From a virus (Duplodnaviria; Caudoviricetes): a DNA stretch of 64,000 nucleotides. Below, piece after piece: positions 48,012-58,730 of this stretch. A program made the translations under genes and the position numbers. The stretch spans positions 128,001-192,000 of IMG/VR virus record IMGVR_UViG_3300031992_000012, one strand, 5' to 3'. The notes below the pieces were generated by a model. It saw nothing but the letters and a program-made list of their open reading frames with translations. It was not told where the DNA came from and made no database searches. The stretch's first letter is position 1. Every line of letters starts with the position of its first letter.

Positions 48012-48622
48012 AACTGCACATGTGCCCTTGTGGCGCCCAGCCCAGCGTGATGAAATTCGGGCAGAGCTGGATTGTTGAGTGCTCCAGTTGCGCACAGAAC
48101 TCGGGCGCCTTCTCCACGCCCGAGCTTGCCGTGTCACGCTGGAACAAAATGGTTGCCGCCATCGACGGCATCGTGGAAGTTAGGGTCAAGCGACTGCGCG
48201 AGAACGCAAAGCTGCCCGAAAGAAAACACCCCGGGGACATCGGGCTGGACCTGTACGCCTCGGAGGTCGTCAACTACGGAAACATCCTGTACGTCGGCGC
48301 GGGAATCGCCGTCGAGCTTGGCGGGATACCCGTGTACGGATACCAGCTCCGTCCAAGGAGCTCGATAATCTACACGGGGCTGTTCATGCCCAACTCGCCG
48401 GGGACAATCGAGCGGACGTACCGTGGCGAACTGGCCGTCAACTTCATGATTGGACCGAAGCCTGCCATCGAAAAGGCGCGGGGAATCTATGAAGTCGGCG
48501 ACTGCTTCTGCCAGTTGTGTTTCCCTGAGACAATAGACCCCGCCAAGATAAAGGTAATGGAGGTCGACCGCCTTTCGGAGAGCGAAAGGGGGACTGACGG
48601 ATTCGGCTCGACGAACAAATGA
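48008..48622 (+). CDS. dut: trimeric dUTPase with N-terminal Lar-like zinc ribbon
   Basis: GLDL, PRSS, PGTIE..YRGE, RGTDGFGST; N-terminal CPCG...CSSC...AVSRWN. Confidence 0.88.
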   Translation: MKLHMCPCGAQPSVMKFGQSWIVECSSCAQNSGAFSTPELAVSRWNKMVAAIDGIVEVRVKRLRENAKLPERKHPGDIGLDLYASEVVNYGNILYVGAGIAVELGGIPVYGYQLRPRSSIIYTGLFMPNSPGTIERTYRGELAVNFMIGPKPAIEKARGIYEVGDCFCQLCFPETIDPAKIKVMEVDRLSESERGTDGFGSTNK

Positions 48623-50013
48623 CGTCGAGGACATTCACGGTGGAAAAGGTCGGGCGGTGCGTCAAGGGCGTCGTGTGGCGCCCCGGCATGCCCGTCAGGT
48701 CCATCGGTCGCTGGACCGCCGTCGACACCGAGACGCTGATGATTGACGAGAACAAGCCGGGGAGCGTCCCCGAGCTCGTCCTTCTGACGGCGTACGGTGG
48801 CGGCGACACGGTAGAACTTGTCTGGTGGTACGACGTGGACGTGTATCTGGCCAGCCTGATGAACTCGGGAACGACTTTCGTTTTCCACAACGCGCCATTC
48901 GACATGAACGTAACGGGCATGGACAAATGGCTGCCGGTGGTGGACAACGACAAGGTCGTGGACACCGGTATCCAATGGGTGCTTCACAAGATGGCCACAA
49001 TCGGTTTGTCCGACGAGGCCGACGAATATCCGAAGCTTGCCCGTGTGGTGCAGGACGTCCTCGGCGAGACGCTCGAGAAGGACGGCGAAGTCAGATGCAC
49101 GTTCACCCGCGACATGGAGCTTGACGACGAGCACGCCATATACGCCTGCGGCGATGCCGTGGCCACCTGGCTGGCGGCGTTCACCATGTCGCCGGCGTTC
49201 GTCATGCCACCGACAATGGCAACCCAGATAAAGGGGTTCATAAGTCTCGACAGCATAAGCCGAAACGGAATCCTTGTCGATCGGGACTGGATGGACAACC
49301 TGAGAAACGAGTATCTCGCAAAGAAGGACGAGCTGAAACTGACGCTCGCCGACTACGGGATAAACGTTGACAAGGAGCTTGAGACACGGGAGATAATCTC
49401 GTACCTTCAATCCACCATCCTTCCCACGCTGCCCGACAATCCGCTTGCCGACGACTATCGTACGGCGCTTGTCTGGCTTGGCAAAGGCGAGGATACGGAA
49501 TGGCCTGTGTTCGGGCAGAAGGGGAAGATAAACCCCGCCGTGACGGAATGGAAGAACGGCCCGCCGTTCAACCTTCCGCTCAAGGCGACGCCCAAGCAGA
49601 TGGTCAACGTCCTGTGGAAAATCGCCATGAACATCGAGGCCGGCCGGGAAAAGGACGACGGCCTGCAGGAATGGTGGGAGAAGCACGACGGATGGCCCCC
49701 GGGCTACAAGCAGGAGGGCAAGACGAAACAGCTTCAAAGGCTGATGGCGGAATCGGAGAAGTTCTGCAGCCAGCCGTTCCCGAAGACCAAAAGCGGTCTG
49801 TACGCGCTCGACGACAAGGCGCTCGAGCAGATACCGACCCAGGACATCGAACGCCTGAAGTTCCTTAAGGCGCTCAAGGAGTACAACCATGCCGAGAAGA
49901 TGGCTTCTACGTATCTGGACTCCGACAAGCTGATAAGGGCCGACGGGCGTGTGCATCCTAGATACATACCAGTAAAAAGTACTGGTAGAACGAGTTGCAA
50001 AAATCCGAATGTT
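48619..50013 (+). CDS. polA: family A DNA polymerase, exon 1
   Basis: Exonuclease motifs DTET, FHNAPFD, YACGD; ends with RVHP...TGRTSCKNPNV. Confidence 0.9.
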
Positions 50014-51356
50014 TGAACCTTCCTTGATTATACAAAAAGGGTGTATATTAAGAGGTGGGAAAGGGATAAATACAAATAATCAAGGAAACAACAATGCCGA
50101 GACATGCAGTAACTACACCATGTAGTATGTGTGGCGCACCAGTTAGCGCAAAAAGAAAAAGAGTATGTGTTATAAAAGGCTTTCCTATTACGTGTGTCCC
50201 TTGTGGGGAAACGCTAATAGTAGAGAGAAGAAAAGTTAGAGCCAGAGAAAAAGCAGAGCGCAAAGACAAGGAGTTAAATCTTCATTGTGCTGTGTGTGGT
50301 AAAGCTATTCCTTGGAAACCCGTATATTCCTGTGCAGCGAGAATACCTAAAACGTGTTCTAGGAGCTGTGGAGCTAAGCTTGGTATGAAGGACAGGAAGT
50401 ATACGAAAGAAGCTTTTATTGATAAGTTGACTTCGTATATCAAAAGTGTGGGGCATCGAATGACTTATAAAGAGATAATAGAGGGATGTGGCGTAAAAAC
50501 GACAATCCTTCAAAAATTCGGAATAAGCCTTCTTGCCTTGCAAAAAGAGATATTCGGGCTGCAGTGCGATCGTGTTCATCACATGTCTTCAGATGGAAGT
50601 TTGTCTTCCCAAGCAGAGGACAGTGACTATGTAGAGATAAGAGATGCTATAAAAAGCAAACAGAACGACGAGATCGTACTGGCGGCAATAAGGAAGTGCA
50701 TAAGTAAAAACGGACGGTACACCGGAATAGTCGAACTTATGAAGAAAACAGGATTAAGTTTCGAACCTCTCCATAGGTACGATATTCAGGGGATAAATAC
50801 AAGTCTAGGGTATGAGAACGAACGCCGTTCCTGTGCTGAGGATGACCTGTACTTATTGCTAGTGGAACGTTTTGGAAAAGACGCTGTTAGTCGTGAGCAT
50901 ACATTCATGGATTGTCGAAGCGTAAAGGGCTGGCCTTTACGCTTCGACTTCTATATTCCGACATACTCCGCACTGATAGAACTTGACGGGGTTAGTCACG
51001 ACACGAATAACCCCATACACGGGCTATGCGTTGATGAAAACCGTAAAATCAAGGAAGCTTATGCAAAAGAACACGGGATGCGACTTTTCGTATACACATA
51101 TAAGGATATAACAGAAATACCGGCATTGCTCGAAAGAATAGTTTTGGACATTCTAAAACCGGTTGAACTGCTGGAACCCCCTAGCGGGCAATCAGCAACC
51201 AAGCCGACAGAGATGTCGGAAGGCTCAGAGACCATCGAAAGGCACAGCGATGTGAACCAAGTAGAGTAGGAAAGTCGTCGTTCCCAAGCGGCCGGCATGA
51301 CGTATATCATGAAGATATGGTCCGACACTCTCAGCAATGGGAGATAACAAGCAGAG
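50014..51356 (+). mobile_element. group I intron in the DNA polymerase gene
   Basis: 5' exon ends in U and the intron ends in G; splicing restores NPNV|QNLPR. Core elements: P AACTGCTGGAA (51166), Q AATCAGCAA (51190), R GCTCAGAGACCAT (51223), S AAGATATGGTCC (51312). Confidence 0.9.
50094..51269 (+). CDS. intron-encoded homing endonuclease (Vsr/EDxHD-like) with N-terminal zinc fingers
   Basis: REHTF, LRFDFYIP, IELDGVSHD, several CxxC pairs, AT-rich. Confidence 0.8.
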   Translation: MPRHAVTTPCSMCGAPVSAKRKRVCVIKGFPITCVPCGETLIVERRKVRAREKAERKDKELNLHCAVCGKAIPWKPVYSCAARIPKTCSRSCGAKLGMKDRKYTKEAFIDKLTSYIKSVGHRMTYKEIIEGCGVKTTILQKFGISLLALQKEIFGLQCDRVHHMSSDGSLSSQAEDSDYVEIRDAIKSKQNDEIVLAAIRKCISKNGRYTGIVELMKKTGLSFEPLHRYDIQGINTSLGYENERRSCAEDDLYLLLVERFGKDAVSREHTFMDCRSVKGWPLRFDFYIPTYSALIELDGVSHDTNNPIHGLCVDENRKIKEAYAKEHGMRLFVYTYKDITEIPALLERIVLDILKPVELLEPPSGQSATKPTEMSEGSETIERHSDVNQVE

Positions 51357-52397
51357 CAAAACTTGCCTCGCGACGACCGTATCCGTAGTTGCTATGTTGC
51401 TGACCCCGGATACGTACTGTGCTCCTGTGACTATAATCAGCAGGAGCTTATATCGTTAGCACAAATCACATTCACGCGATTTGGTCATTCGCTAATGCGA
51501 GACCTTATCAATAACGACATCGACATCCATGGGTATATGGGGACAACCATTAGAGGCTTGTTCCGAGGTCTTCCCAAATTCGATGTAACCAACCCTGAAA
51601 TTGTAGCGATGTATGTTACTACAATAAAAGGGTTCAAAGCCAACGAACCCGACGAGTATAAGAAATTACGCCAACTAGCGAAAGCGTTAGATTTTGGCCT
51701 ACCGGGCGGGCTCGGATACCGCTCCTTCGTGGTCTACGCCAGAAACTATGGTGTTGAACTAAGGGAGGAGGAAGCAGCGCCTCTCTGCAAACTGTGGAAG
51801 GACACATTCCCTGAGACGTACAACTATCTTGAGGACCCAGGTCCGGAGTTAGATGAAAACGCTCCGAGAATACTTCCATCTGATTCAGATGAGGTAAGAA
51901 GATTAAAGAACATATATCGGTACAAGTGCGTTACCTTAACGGGACGCGTGCGTGCGAGATGTAGCTTCACCCAGGCGAGCAACACCGGTTTCCAGGCGCT
52001 CTCCTCGGACTGTAGTAAGTTGGCAATGTGGAACTTATACAAAGCAGGGTATGTAATGCAGAATATGATCCATGACGAGACCATCACATTACTCCCGTTT
52101 GACGAGTATACGACCGACCGCGCCGCGCACATCGAGAAGATAATGGTCCAGAGCATGCAGACTATCACGCCTGACGTAAAGGTCAAGGCCGAGCCTGCGC
52201 TTATGTACAGATGGCAGAAATCCGCAGAACCCTATTTCGCCGACGGGATACTGCTCCCATGGGAGCTTGTTCCGAAGGACAGTAAGGGGAAGGCGGTTGC
52301 ATGGGATACCCTGCCTGGTGGTGCTCGCCAGGCGATAAAGGACAGGTTGTTGTATCTGAGAGATGAAGCTGCGAGACTTAGAGCGTCATGTGCTTGA
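51357..52397 (+). CDS. polA: family A DNA polymerase, exon 2
   Basis: QNLPR, motif A DYNQQEL, motif B RQLAKALDFG, motif C IHDE. Confidence 0.9.
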   Translation, partial: QNLPRDDRIRSCYVADPGYVLCSCDYNQQELISLAQITFTRFGHSLMRDLINNDIDIHGYMGTTIRGLFRGLPKFDVTNPEIVAMYVTTIKGFKANEPDEYKKLRQLAKALDFGLPGGLGYRSFVVYARNYGVELREEEAAPLCKLWKDTFPETYNYLEDPGPELDENAPRILPSDSDEVRRLKNIYRYKCVTLTGRVRARCSFTQASNTGFQALSSDCSKLAMWNLYKAGYVMQNMIHDETITLLPFDEYTTDRAAHIEKIMVQSMQTITPDVKVKAEPALMYRWQKSAEPYFADGILLPWELVPKDSKGKAVAWDTLPGGARQAIKDRLLYLRDEAARLRASCA

Positions 52398-52581
52398 TGA
52401 CCTGAACCTCGTCAAGGCTGAGTTCAGCAACCTGGATGAGAAGGGCGACGGAATCATAGTCGCTTTGAACTGCAACCTCTGGCGTGCATGGCGCGTCAGG
52501 GGCGGCAGGAAAGCCACCCCGTCGTCCGGTTGGTGGGTCAAGGCTGGAGATGCCGTGAAGGCGCTTGACACCGACGAGTGA
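52363..52581 (+). CDS. small hypothetical protein
   Basis: 72 aa overlapping ORF. Confidence 0.45.
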   Translation: MKLRDLERHVLDDLNLVKAEFSNLDEKGDGIIVALNCNLWRAWRVRGGRKATPSSGWWVKAGDAVKALDTDE

Positions 52582-52667
52582 ACACGTATTGTATTGCCTG
52601 CCCGCTGAGACAATGGTGTCGCTATTAGGGCGCAAGGCAAAGAGCACAAATAAAAAGAAGGAAAGAA

Positions 52668-53858
52668 ATGCCGTTTTTTCAAACGTCCGGAGGAAGTGGC
52701 CGGAGCGGTAACGAGTATGACAATACGCTCGCTACCAACTGCCGTCACTTTTTGTACAATCTCTCAAAGGAAGGCGCGACTGAAATTCGGGTCGTGCCGG
52801 CTTTGGTGAACGGGGCGCCGGAGCCCCTCCTGAACACGGAATACGGAAGCACGCTGCAGGAAGCGCTTACTTCTGCTTTCGCAGTCGTGGACGTGGTCCG
52901 TTTCCTCGGGCCGAACAAGGCCAGCATGATTTGCCCGCCTCCTGTCGAGGGCGAGCGCAAGGGCCCTGTCCACTATTTCATAGACACAATCCTTGACTCC
53001 GCCGAGAACGACCCGAAGGGGTGCCCAGACGACTGGCTGAGATGGTGCGGCAAGGGCCGCGACCGTCCGAAGGCCGTCATCCAGCGCCCGCAGCAGATTG
53101 TGATGATGCAGGGATTCCTGTATTCCCACAAGGGCCACCCGTGCGTCGACAAGGAGAACCGTCCCATTGTGAGAAGCCCGGTTGTCCTCATGCTCAACCG
53201 CTCGGCGACGAACGACCTACTTGAGAAACTGAGCAAGCCGGCGGACGCCAACGGCGCCTGGGGTTCGGACAACAACAAGCTGGGCGACCCGGTCGACCTG
53301 ACCCATGGACGCATCATGAAGTTCTCCCCGTATCCAAAGGAGTTCAACAACCAGATGCAGACTTGGTACATGGCCGAACTGGCCGACGAAGTCCCGCTGA
53401 CAATCGAGGACGCCGCGTCGGTATGGCAGCCCTGGGAGCAGGTGCTCAACTACAATCCGACGCTCGCTGAAATCGGAATGTGGCTGACAAAGGCGTTCAA
53501 CGCCGAGACAGTCGTCCGCGTCTTCGAGAACCACCCGGTGTACAACCAGTGCATCACGGAGTCAATCCGCCGCATGGTCGGGGCGCCCAGCGCTCCAGTG
53601 CAAGGGTATTCGATGCCGGCGTACAATCCGCCCGAAAGCCTGAGGACAACCCAGGATATCCAGGTCGGGTACACGCCCACGGCGCGTCCTGCTGTTTCCC
53701 GACCGGAACCGTATCCTCCTGTTCCGGAAGCGTACAATGCGGCGGCGCCTGCCACAGACGACCAGTTGGACGACGACGCGCTCCCTTTTGACCAGCACGC
53801 GAGGCGTGATGTGAGCATCACGCCGAGGACGATTGAACGGAGGGCGCCCAGACAATGA
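52668..53858 (+). CDS. putative ssDNA-binding protein
   Basis: Directly precedes the recombinase; EIRVVP, DPVDLTHG, acidic DDDALPF near the C-terminus. Confidence 0.55.
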   Translation: MPFFQTSGGSGRSGNEYDNTLATNCRHFLYNLSKEGATEIRVVPALVNGAPEPLLNTEYGSTLQEALTSAFAVVDVVRFLGPNKASMICPPPVEGERKGPVHYFIDTILDSAENDPKGCPDDWLRWCGKGRDRPKAVIQRPQQIVMMQGFLYSHKGHPCVDKENRPIVRSPVVLMLNRSATNDLLEKLSKPADANGAWGSDNNKLGDPVDLTHGRIMKFSPYPKEFNNQMQTWYMAELADEVPLTIEDAASVWQPWEQVLNYNPTLAEIGMWLTKAFNAETVVRVFENHPVYNQCITESIRRMVGAPSAPVQGYSMPAYNPPESLRTTQDIQVGYTPTARPAVSRPEPYPPVPEAYNAAAPATDDQLDDDALPFDQHARRDVSITPRTIERRAPRQ

Positions 53859-55159
53859 CAGCCAGAGCAATTCCGGCGGTGGCGACCGACCCGGCTGACG
53901 ACTTCTTCGGTTCGATGATTACAAGCATTCAGAACCGCAGGGGCGCTACCGGGGCGTTCATGGCCTCCGACTTCGGCAAATACCAGCAGGGCATTCCGAT
54001 ACCCCATCTGATGATGGAGTACATTTTCGGACTGAACGTTATACCGATGCCCAGCCTGATTGAGTTCGCCGGCCCTCCCGGGTCGTGCAAGTCCGCGTTC
54101 CTCCAGTACATCATGAGCATATTCGCAGCGCTGAACATGCGCGGGGTGTATGTGGAGACGGAGAACAAGGCGTCGAACACGCTGCTCGAATCGTTCCTCG
54201 GAGAGGAGGGAAGCAAGCGCGTCCTGTTCATCCCGGGGCCCATGACAATGGAGGACTGGGAAGCCGAAATTCTCAACGCGTTGAAAAATTACAGGGCGGC
54301 CTACGCCGCCAGTGTCACAAGACACGCGAAGAACGCAATCTGCCCCGTCCTGCCTCCGTTGTGCCTCGGCCTTGACTCGCTCACAGGAGGCTCCTCCAAG
54401 GAGTCGATTGCGGCGACCGACAAGGACGGCAAGACAGGAAGGTCGTATCCTGTGGAGGCTTTGATATTGTCGAAGTTCTTCCCGCAGATACCTACAAGGA
54501 TGAGGGACCTTCCGATGGTGTTCATATACACGAACCATGAACAGCAGCGCATGGAGGAGAAGAAAGGGCCGTTCACCGTCCAGGGTCCGAGAAGGAGCCA
54601 GGGCGGACAGCGCCCGGACTTCTACTGCGGCATAAGGATGTTCTTCGAGCAGGAAAACAAGCCGGAAAGGCTTGCCGGAAACGTGAAGAAGCAGCGCGTC
54701 GTCATTGAGGTTGGAAAGAACTCGTTCAATGAGTCGCGCCAGCGCATCAGTCTGCCTATGTACTGGGAGACGACGGTCAACGATGACAACAACGAGTCCA
54801 CCCAGCGGACATGGTTCGGCTGGGAGGAGGCGCTCGCTGAATTCCTCGCACCGGACAAAGGAGGTCCCAAGTACGACAGCGCGGCGGTCAAACGTTTCCT
54901 CAACGTCAAGCGTGAAAGCGCCACTGCGTTCTCATGCCGGGAGCTGGGGCTTGTTCGTGTAAGTCCCGAGGAGCTCGGCAAAGCCATAGAGGCGGACACG
55001 GAGCTTGTAGCAAAGCTCCGTCCGTACCTTGGCGTCAAGTCCTGGAAAGTATGGGACGGCAACCCGGTCTCCGCCAATGTGGAGGCCGAACTCGACCTGC
55101 CTGACCCGGAGCCTGTTGAAATACCGGCGACCGAGGAGGCCGATGATACAGAGGGCTGA
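53855..55159 (+). CDS. RecA/UvsX-like recombinase
   Basis: EFAGPPGSCKS, VETE, LDSL, YTNH, QGG, GKNS. Confidence 0.85.
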   Translation: MTARAIPAVATDPADDFFGSMITSIQNRRGATGAFMASDFGKYQQGIPIPHLMMEYIFGLNVIPMPSLIEFAGPPGSCKSAFLQYIMSIFAALNMRGVYVETENKASNTLLESFLGEEGSKRVLFIPGPMTMEDWEAEILNALKNYRAAYAASVTRHAKNAICPVLPPLCLGLDSLTGGSSKESIAATDKDGKTGRSYPVEALILSKFFPQIPTRMRDLPMVFIYTNHEQQRMEEKKGPFTVQGPRRSQGGQRPDFYCGIRMFFEQENKPERLAGNVKKQRVVIEVGKNSFNESRQRISLPMYWETTVNDDNNESTQRTWFGWEEALAEFLAPDKGGPKYDSAAVKRFLNVKRESATAFSCRELGLVRVSPEELGKAIEADTELVAKLRPYLGVKSWKVWDGNPVSANVEAELDLPDPEPVEIPATEEADDTEG

Positions 55160-55161
55160 GC

Positions 55162-55671
55162 ATGGTGCTGGGCCCTGGCGATTTCGGTGAACTGTTCGGG
55201 GGGGACCCCGGACAGGGAATCAGGAAACGCGCTGAGGTTCGTTGGAAAATCGACGTGTGGAAAAAGCTCGCCAGAGGATACAACGAACCTCTTGCCGTTT
55301 TGAACCCGTTGCGGGAAGACGGAGACGACAACGCCGAGGACGCAATCAGGCTTGCCTGTTCGTCCGAGGAGATGTCGAGGATGTACCCGCACAAGGCGAA
55401 CGTCAATTTGCAGGACCTCCTCCTGCGACCGCTCACGACCCCTGCGGCGAAGACGCTAATGGAGCTTCCGTGCAAGTGGTGGATTGACGGCGCCGGTGTT
55501 GTATTCCCGGTCATCAACTACGGCGACTGGATAATGCATACGTTCGGCCATCCGGAAGGAACGCTGGACGGAAAGGCAGTGATAGTAGTTTACGCAAAGA
55601 AAGCAGAGGACCGCGACATAATAACAGAACCGTTGTCGCAATTCATTCAGACAAGAAATGGCAGAGACTGA
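55162..55671 (+). CDS. hypothetical protein
   Basis: 169 aa ORF. Confidence 0.55.
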   Translation: MVLGPGDFGELFGGDPGQGIRKRAEVRWKIDVWKKLARGYNEPLAVLNPLREDGDDNAEDAIRLACSSEEMSRMYPHKANVNLQDLLLRPLTTPAAKTLMELPCKWWIDGAGVVFPVINYGDWIMHTFGHPEGTLDGKAVIVVYAKKAEDRDIITEPLSQFIQTRNGRD

Positions 55672-56518
55672 AGAAGTGATGGTCATGGGTCCGAACGGCA
55701 CGCTGGTGCCGAGAGAACTGGGCGTCGATTTCGGCGTCGAGAACTACGAGACCTATGAAGAGGCAATTGACGCTCTTTCGGAGCAGCAGACCGCTGCGGA
55801 AAAGCAGACAATCGAAGTGAACTGGAACATTGGCCGTCAGGCCTGGATTGTGTCGGCTGGCGCGAAGTACGGAAGCCACAGCATAGAGGAGTTCGCCAAG
55901 GACCTCGACATGTCTATGAGCTCCGTGTACACGGCCAGGAACTTCTACTCGAAGTACTCCCTTGACGCCGTCCACCGCCTTATCGACAACAACCTGTCAT
56001 ATAGGAAGATTGTCATGCTGCTCGGGTGCAACGACGAACTTGAGCGTGACAAGTTGGAAGACGCGCTGAAGGAATTCAGAATCGGCGAAGAGCCTCTGAA
56101 ACTGATGGTGGCCGCAGCCAACGAGGGCGTGGTTATGCCGGAGGACCCTGCCGGCATGAGGGCGTACGTCGACATGTGCAAGGAAGGCACAAAGCCTGGG
56201 GTTGATGAAGAAGCCGAGGACGACGAGGAAGATGAGGAAGAGGAAACGGTTCCAACCGACCCCGTCGAGAAGCTTCGCGCGCAGATGCAGACGTCGTGCG
56301 ACGAGCTGTCTCTTGCCATATCCGCCCTCGACCAGAAGGTAAGCGCCTTCTCGAATTTCCTCAAAGGCGACCTTTGGGGCAGTATCGACGCCGAGACAAA
56401 GGCGTCGTTCAACGGCATGCTGTCCGGACTTGCCACTGAAATCTCCGACAGCTCGAGGAAGACATGGCAGCTCCAGCGGATGCTCCCGGCGCCGGCGACA
56501 AAAGAAGCCGACAAGTAG
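55658..56518 (+). CDS. hypothetical HTH-containing acidic protein
   Basis: WNIG...KYG...EFAKDLDMSMSSVYTARNF. Confidence 0.6.
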   Translation: MAETEEVMVMGPNGTLVPRELGVDFGVENYETYEEAIDALSEQQTAAEKQTIEVNWNIGRQAWIVSAGAKYGSHSIEEFAKDLDMSMSSVYTARNFYSKYSLDAVHRLIDNNLSYRKIVMLLGCNDELERDKLEDALKEFRIGEEPLKLMVAAANEGVVMPEDPAGMRAYVDMCKEGTKPGVDEEAEDDEEDEEEETVPTDPVEKLRAQMQTSCDELSLAISALDQKVSAFSNFLKGDLWGSIDAETKASFNGMLSGLATEISDSSRKTWQLQRMLPAPATKEADK

Positions 56519-57408
56519 AAGAGACCCCTTCCGCCGGAAGGATATGGGAAAAGGAGGCGGCGATATTCGCCGACAGATGGAGTCCTGTCATATCAGGTTC
56601 GCCTAATATGGCCGCCACCTGCAAGCTGGCGTTCGCCATAGGTAAGGAGCTAGGTTTCGGAATGCGCGAATCCGGACTCCTTGCCGAAACCCTTGAACTC
56701 CTGTTCGAACAGGAGGGGTACACGCCCCGCTCGTTGTTTCGGGCGGGGCTTAACATATTGACCAACAGGTCCGTGTACAAAGCCGGAAAGAAGCCGGTGG
56801 CGGACCTCAACAGCGGCATATGGGCCGTGCTGCACGTCACGGACATGATTCCCGCAGGAAGGAATTCCAAGGGTAGGAAGCTGTGGAACGTGTGCTGTCT
56901 TGTCCTTAGCGGGCCGATGGCCGGCAAGGAGTTCACGACGGCCATAACAGACAGCTACATGGCGTCCATAGTGCGCGTGATAAGCAGCGCCAGGCGTTCC
57001 GTCAATGTTGCCGGATGCGACGCGTTCGGAATGAGGATGCTCGCCAGGATAGGCAAGATAAAGGGGAATCTGGCCATACTTGCCGTCAAGGAGGACTGGG
57101 CCAAAGGAAAGGCCCATAACAGCGAATTGAGGAAGAAGCGCGAGGACTGCCCGAAGGGGCCGTGCGACCGCTGTTTGAAAGGACTGGACAAATGTCCGTA
57201 TGCGATAAGGAGGATTAGCCTTGGAAGAAAAGAAGAGACCGCACATGGAGTTCCGCCGGGTGGGGGAACAGGACTTCATGTCGAAGGAAAGGGACCTGAA
57301 CTATTGGTTCCAGCCGATGGTCCGGGCGGCCCTGGTGTCGACGGAGAACGCCCTGCCGGGCGAAATGACGGAGGAAACGGCTCGCGAGAAGTTCGGATGG
57401 ATGATTGA
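56464..57408 (+). CDS. hypothetical protein with a Cys cluster
   Basis: CPKGPCDRC...C; start uncertain. Confidence 0.5.
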   Translation: MAAPADAPGAGDKRSRQVEETPSAGRIWEKEAAIFADRWSPVISGSPNMAATCKLAFAIGKELGFGMRESGLLAETLELLFEQEGYTPRSLFRAGLNILTNRSVYKAGKKPVADLNSGIWAVLHVTDMIPAGRNSKGRKLWNVCCLVLSGPMAGKEFTTAITDSYMASIVRVISSARRSVNVAGCDAFGMRMLARIGKIKGNLAILAVKEDWAKGKAHNSELRKKREDCPKGPCDRCLKGLDKCPYAIRRISLGRKEETAHGVPPGGGTGLHVEGKGPELLVPADGPGGPGVDGERPAGRNDGGNGSREVRMDD

Positions 57409-57763
57409 GAACCTGAGGGACTTCTACGGCTCCATAATGACAGTCGACGCCTCCGCCGACGAGCTTGTGTCGCTGTTCCTGACAAGAATGTGCGAGGACG
57501 ACACAGGAAAAATATTCATGCTGATGTTCGCCCGCTTGGTGTTCATCATGTATGTGGACAGCGTTAGACGCGCAGTGCAGAAGCCTGGTCTGTCGAAGGA
57601 CGAGATAGAAGGCAGTCTGAAGGCCGTCAATATCCTGTCCAGTCTGCCGAAAGGTCTGGCCGACCAGGTCCGTCCTTATTTGAAAGTGGCTGAGGGATTC
57701 GGCTCCTTCGTGCCGGGAATGTTCAAGAAAGAGGTAAAGGAAGATGAAGGAACAGAAAGTTGA
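57245..57763 (+). CDS. hypothetical protein
   Basis: Likely start MEFRRVGE. Confidence 0.55.
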   Translation: MEFRRVGEQDFMSKERDLNYWFQPMVRAALVSTENALPGEMTEETAREKFGWMIENLRDFYGSIMTVDASADELVSLFLTRMCEDDTGKIFMLMFARLVFIMYVDSVRRAVQKPGLSKDEIEGSLKAVNILSSLPKGLADQVRPYLKVAEGFGSFVPGMFKKEVKEDEGTES

Positions 57764-57875
57764 GGAGCCGTACAAATGCCCGTGGTGCGGCAAGAGGTTC
57801 AAGGAAAGGGCAAAGGCAGAGAAGCATGAACAGGAATGCCCCAAGAGGCCGGTGAAGTATGCGCCGGATAAGTGA
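57744..57875 (+). CDS. 43-aa C2HC zinc-finger peptide
   Basis: YKCPWCGKRFKERAKAEKHEQEC; fills the gap between two genes; not in the ORF track. Confidence 0.6.
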   Translation: MKEQKVEEPYKCPWCGKRFKERAKAEKHEQECPKRPVKYAPDK

Positions 57876-58500
57876 GGTGTTCTGCGACATCGGCGTCGAC
57901 CCCGAGGACATAAGGGTCGTAATGCCGTTGACGACAGGGTTGCATGTCAACGCCCCCGAGGATGTAATAGGTTTTGCGTGGACGAGTCTGTCAAAGCAGG
58001 TGCCCTCGATTGTTACATTCCCGGACAGGGAGTGGGAGCTTTCGCAGGACTACACCGGATTGACGCAGACGACGTATCAGCAGAACCTGGTGCAGAACTT
58101 CCTGGGCAGCCGTGAGGCGGACGAACTAAGGACGAGTCCGGTAGTCGCGTTCTCCAGCGGGATAACCGTTGCGGCCCTGTCCGCCATGCTGCATCCGGCT
58201 CCGTCGCCTTATGTCATCTGCCTTGGAAACGCACTGGCCACCGCGTGCGCCCCTCAGCGTTATCCGCTGAAGGGTGCGCCGAGGGACCCGGACGAGATAG
58301 GCAGATGGCTTAACAAAGGCGCGCAGTTACGCCTTGGCGGCAGAAGGACGCTCCTTGATAACATGAACCTGCATGTCGATGAAAGAATCGGCATGCCCAA
58401 GCTGGGGTGGAACCTGGCTGTCGACTGCACCCTATGGCGTGAGGTGCTGAACGGAAAATGCAATGAGATGGAGGAAGAGGACGATGAACTTAAATTCTAG
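57859..58500 (+). CDS. hypothetical protein
   Basis: 213 aa ORF. Confidence 0.55.
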   Translation: MRRISEVFCDIGVDPEDIRVVMPLTTGLHVNAPEDVIGFAWTSLSKQVPSIVTFPDREWELSQDYTGLTQTTYQQNLVQNFLGSREADELRTSPVVAFSSGITVAALSAMLHPAPSPYVICLGNALATACAPQRYPLKGAPRDPDEIGRWLNKGAQLRLGGRRTLLDNMNLHVDERIGMPKLGWNLAVDCTLWREVLNGKCNEMEEEDDELKF

Positions 58501-58730
58501 TTCATCCCTTGTTTGAGTTCCTGCATGGATATGACCCGAAGGCCGCGTTCGCGGAAGCGCGGGCTGGTCTTGCACTTCGGGCAGATTCTGTTTCCAGCCC
58601 AGGACGAAAGGAACTCCTTGCCGCAGGAAAGGCAGGTTCTCATTTTTTCTTCATTTCTGTCAGACATGTTTCCCTCACGGAGTATATGTAAATTAAAATG
58701 ATGACGACGGATAAATAATCTATCACCAAA

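Noticed and set aside
48487-49956. Long antisense ORFs (e.g. 489 aa opposite polA, 362 aa at 53450, 206 aa at 63377)
   Set aside because: Shadow frames of GC-rich coding genes with no motifs.
48619-52397. polA pseudogene or stop-codon recoding
   Set aside because: The break is explained by a group I intron with a recognisable core and precise splice sites. Other genes use all three stop codons normally.
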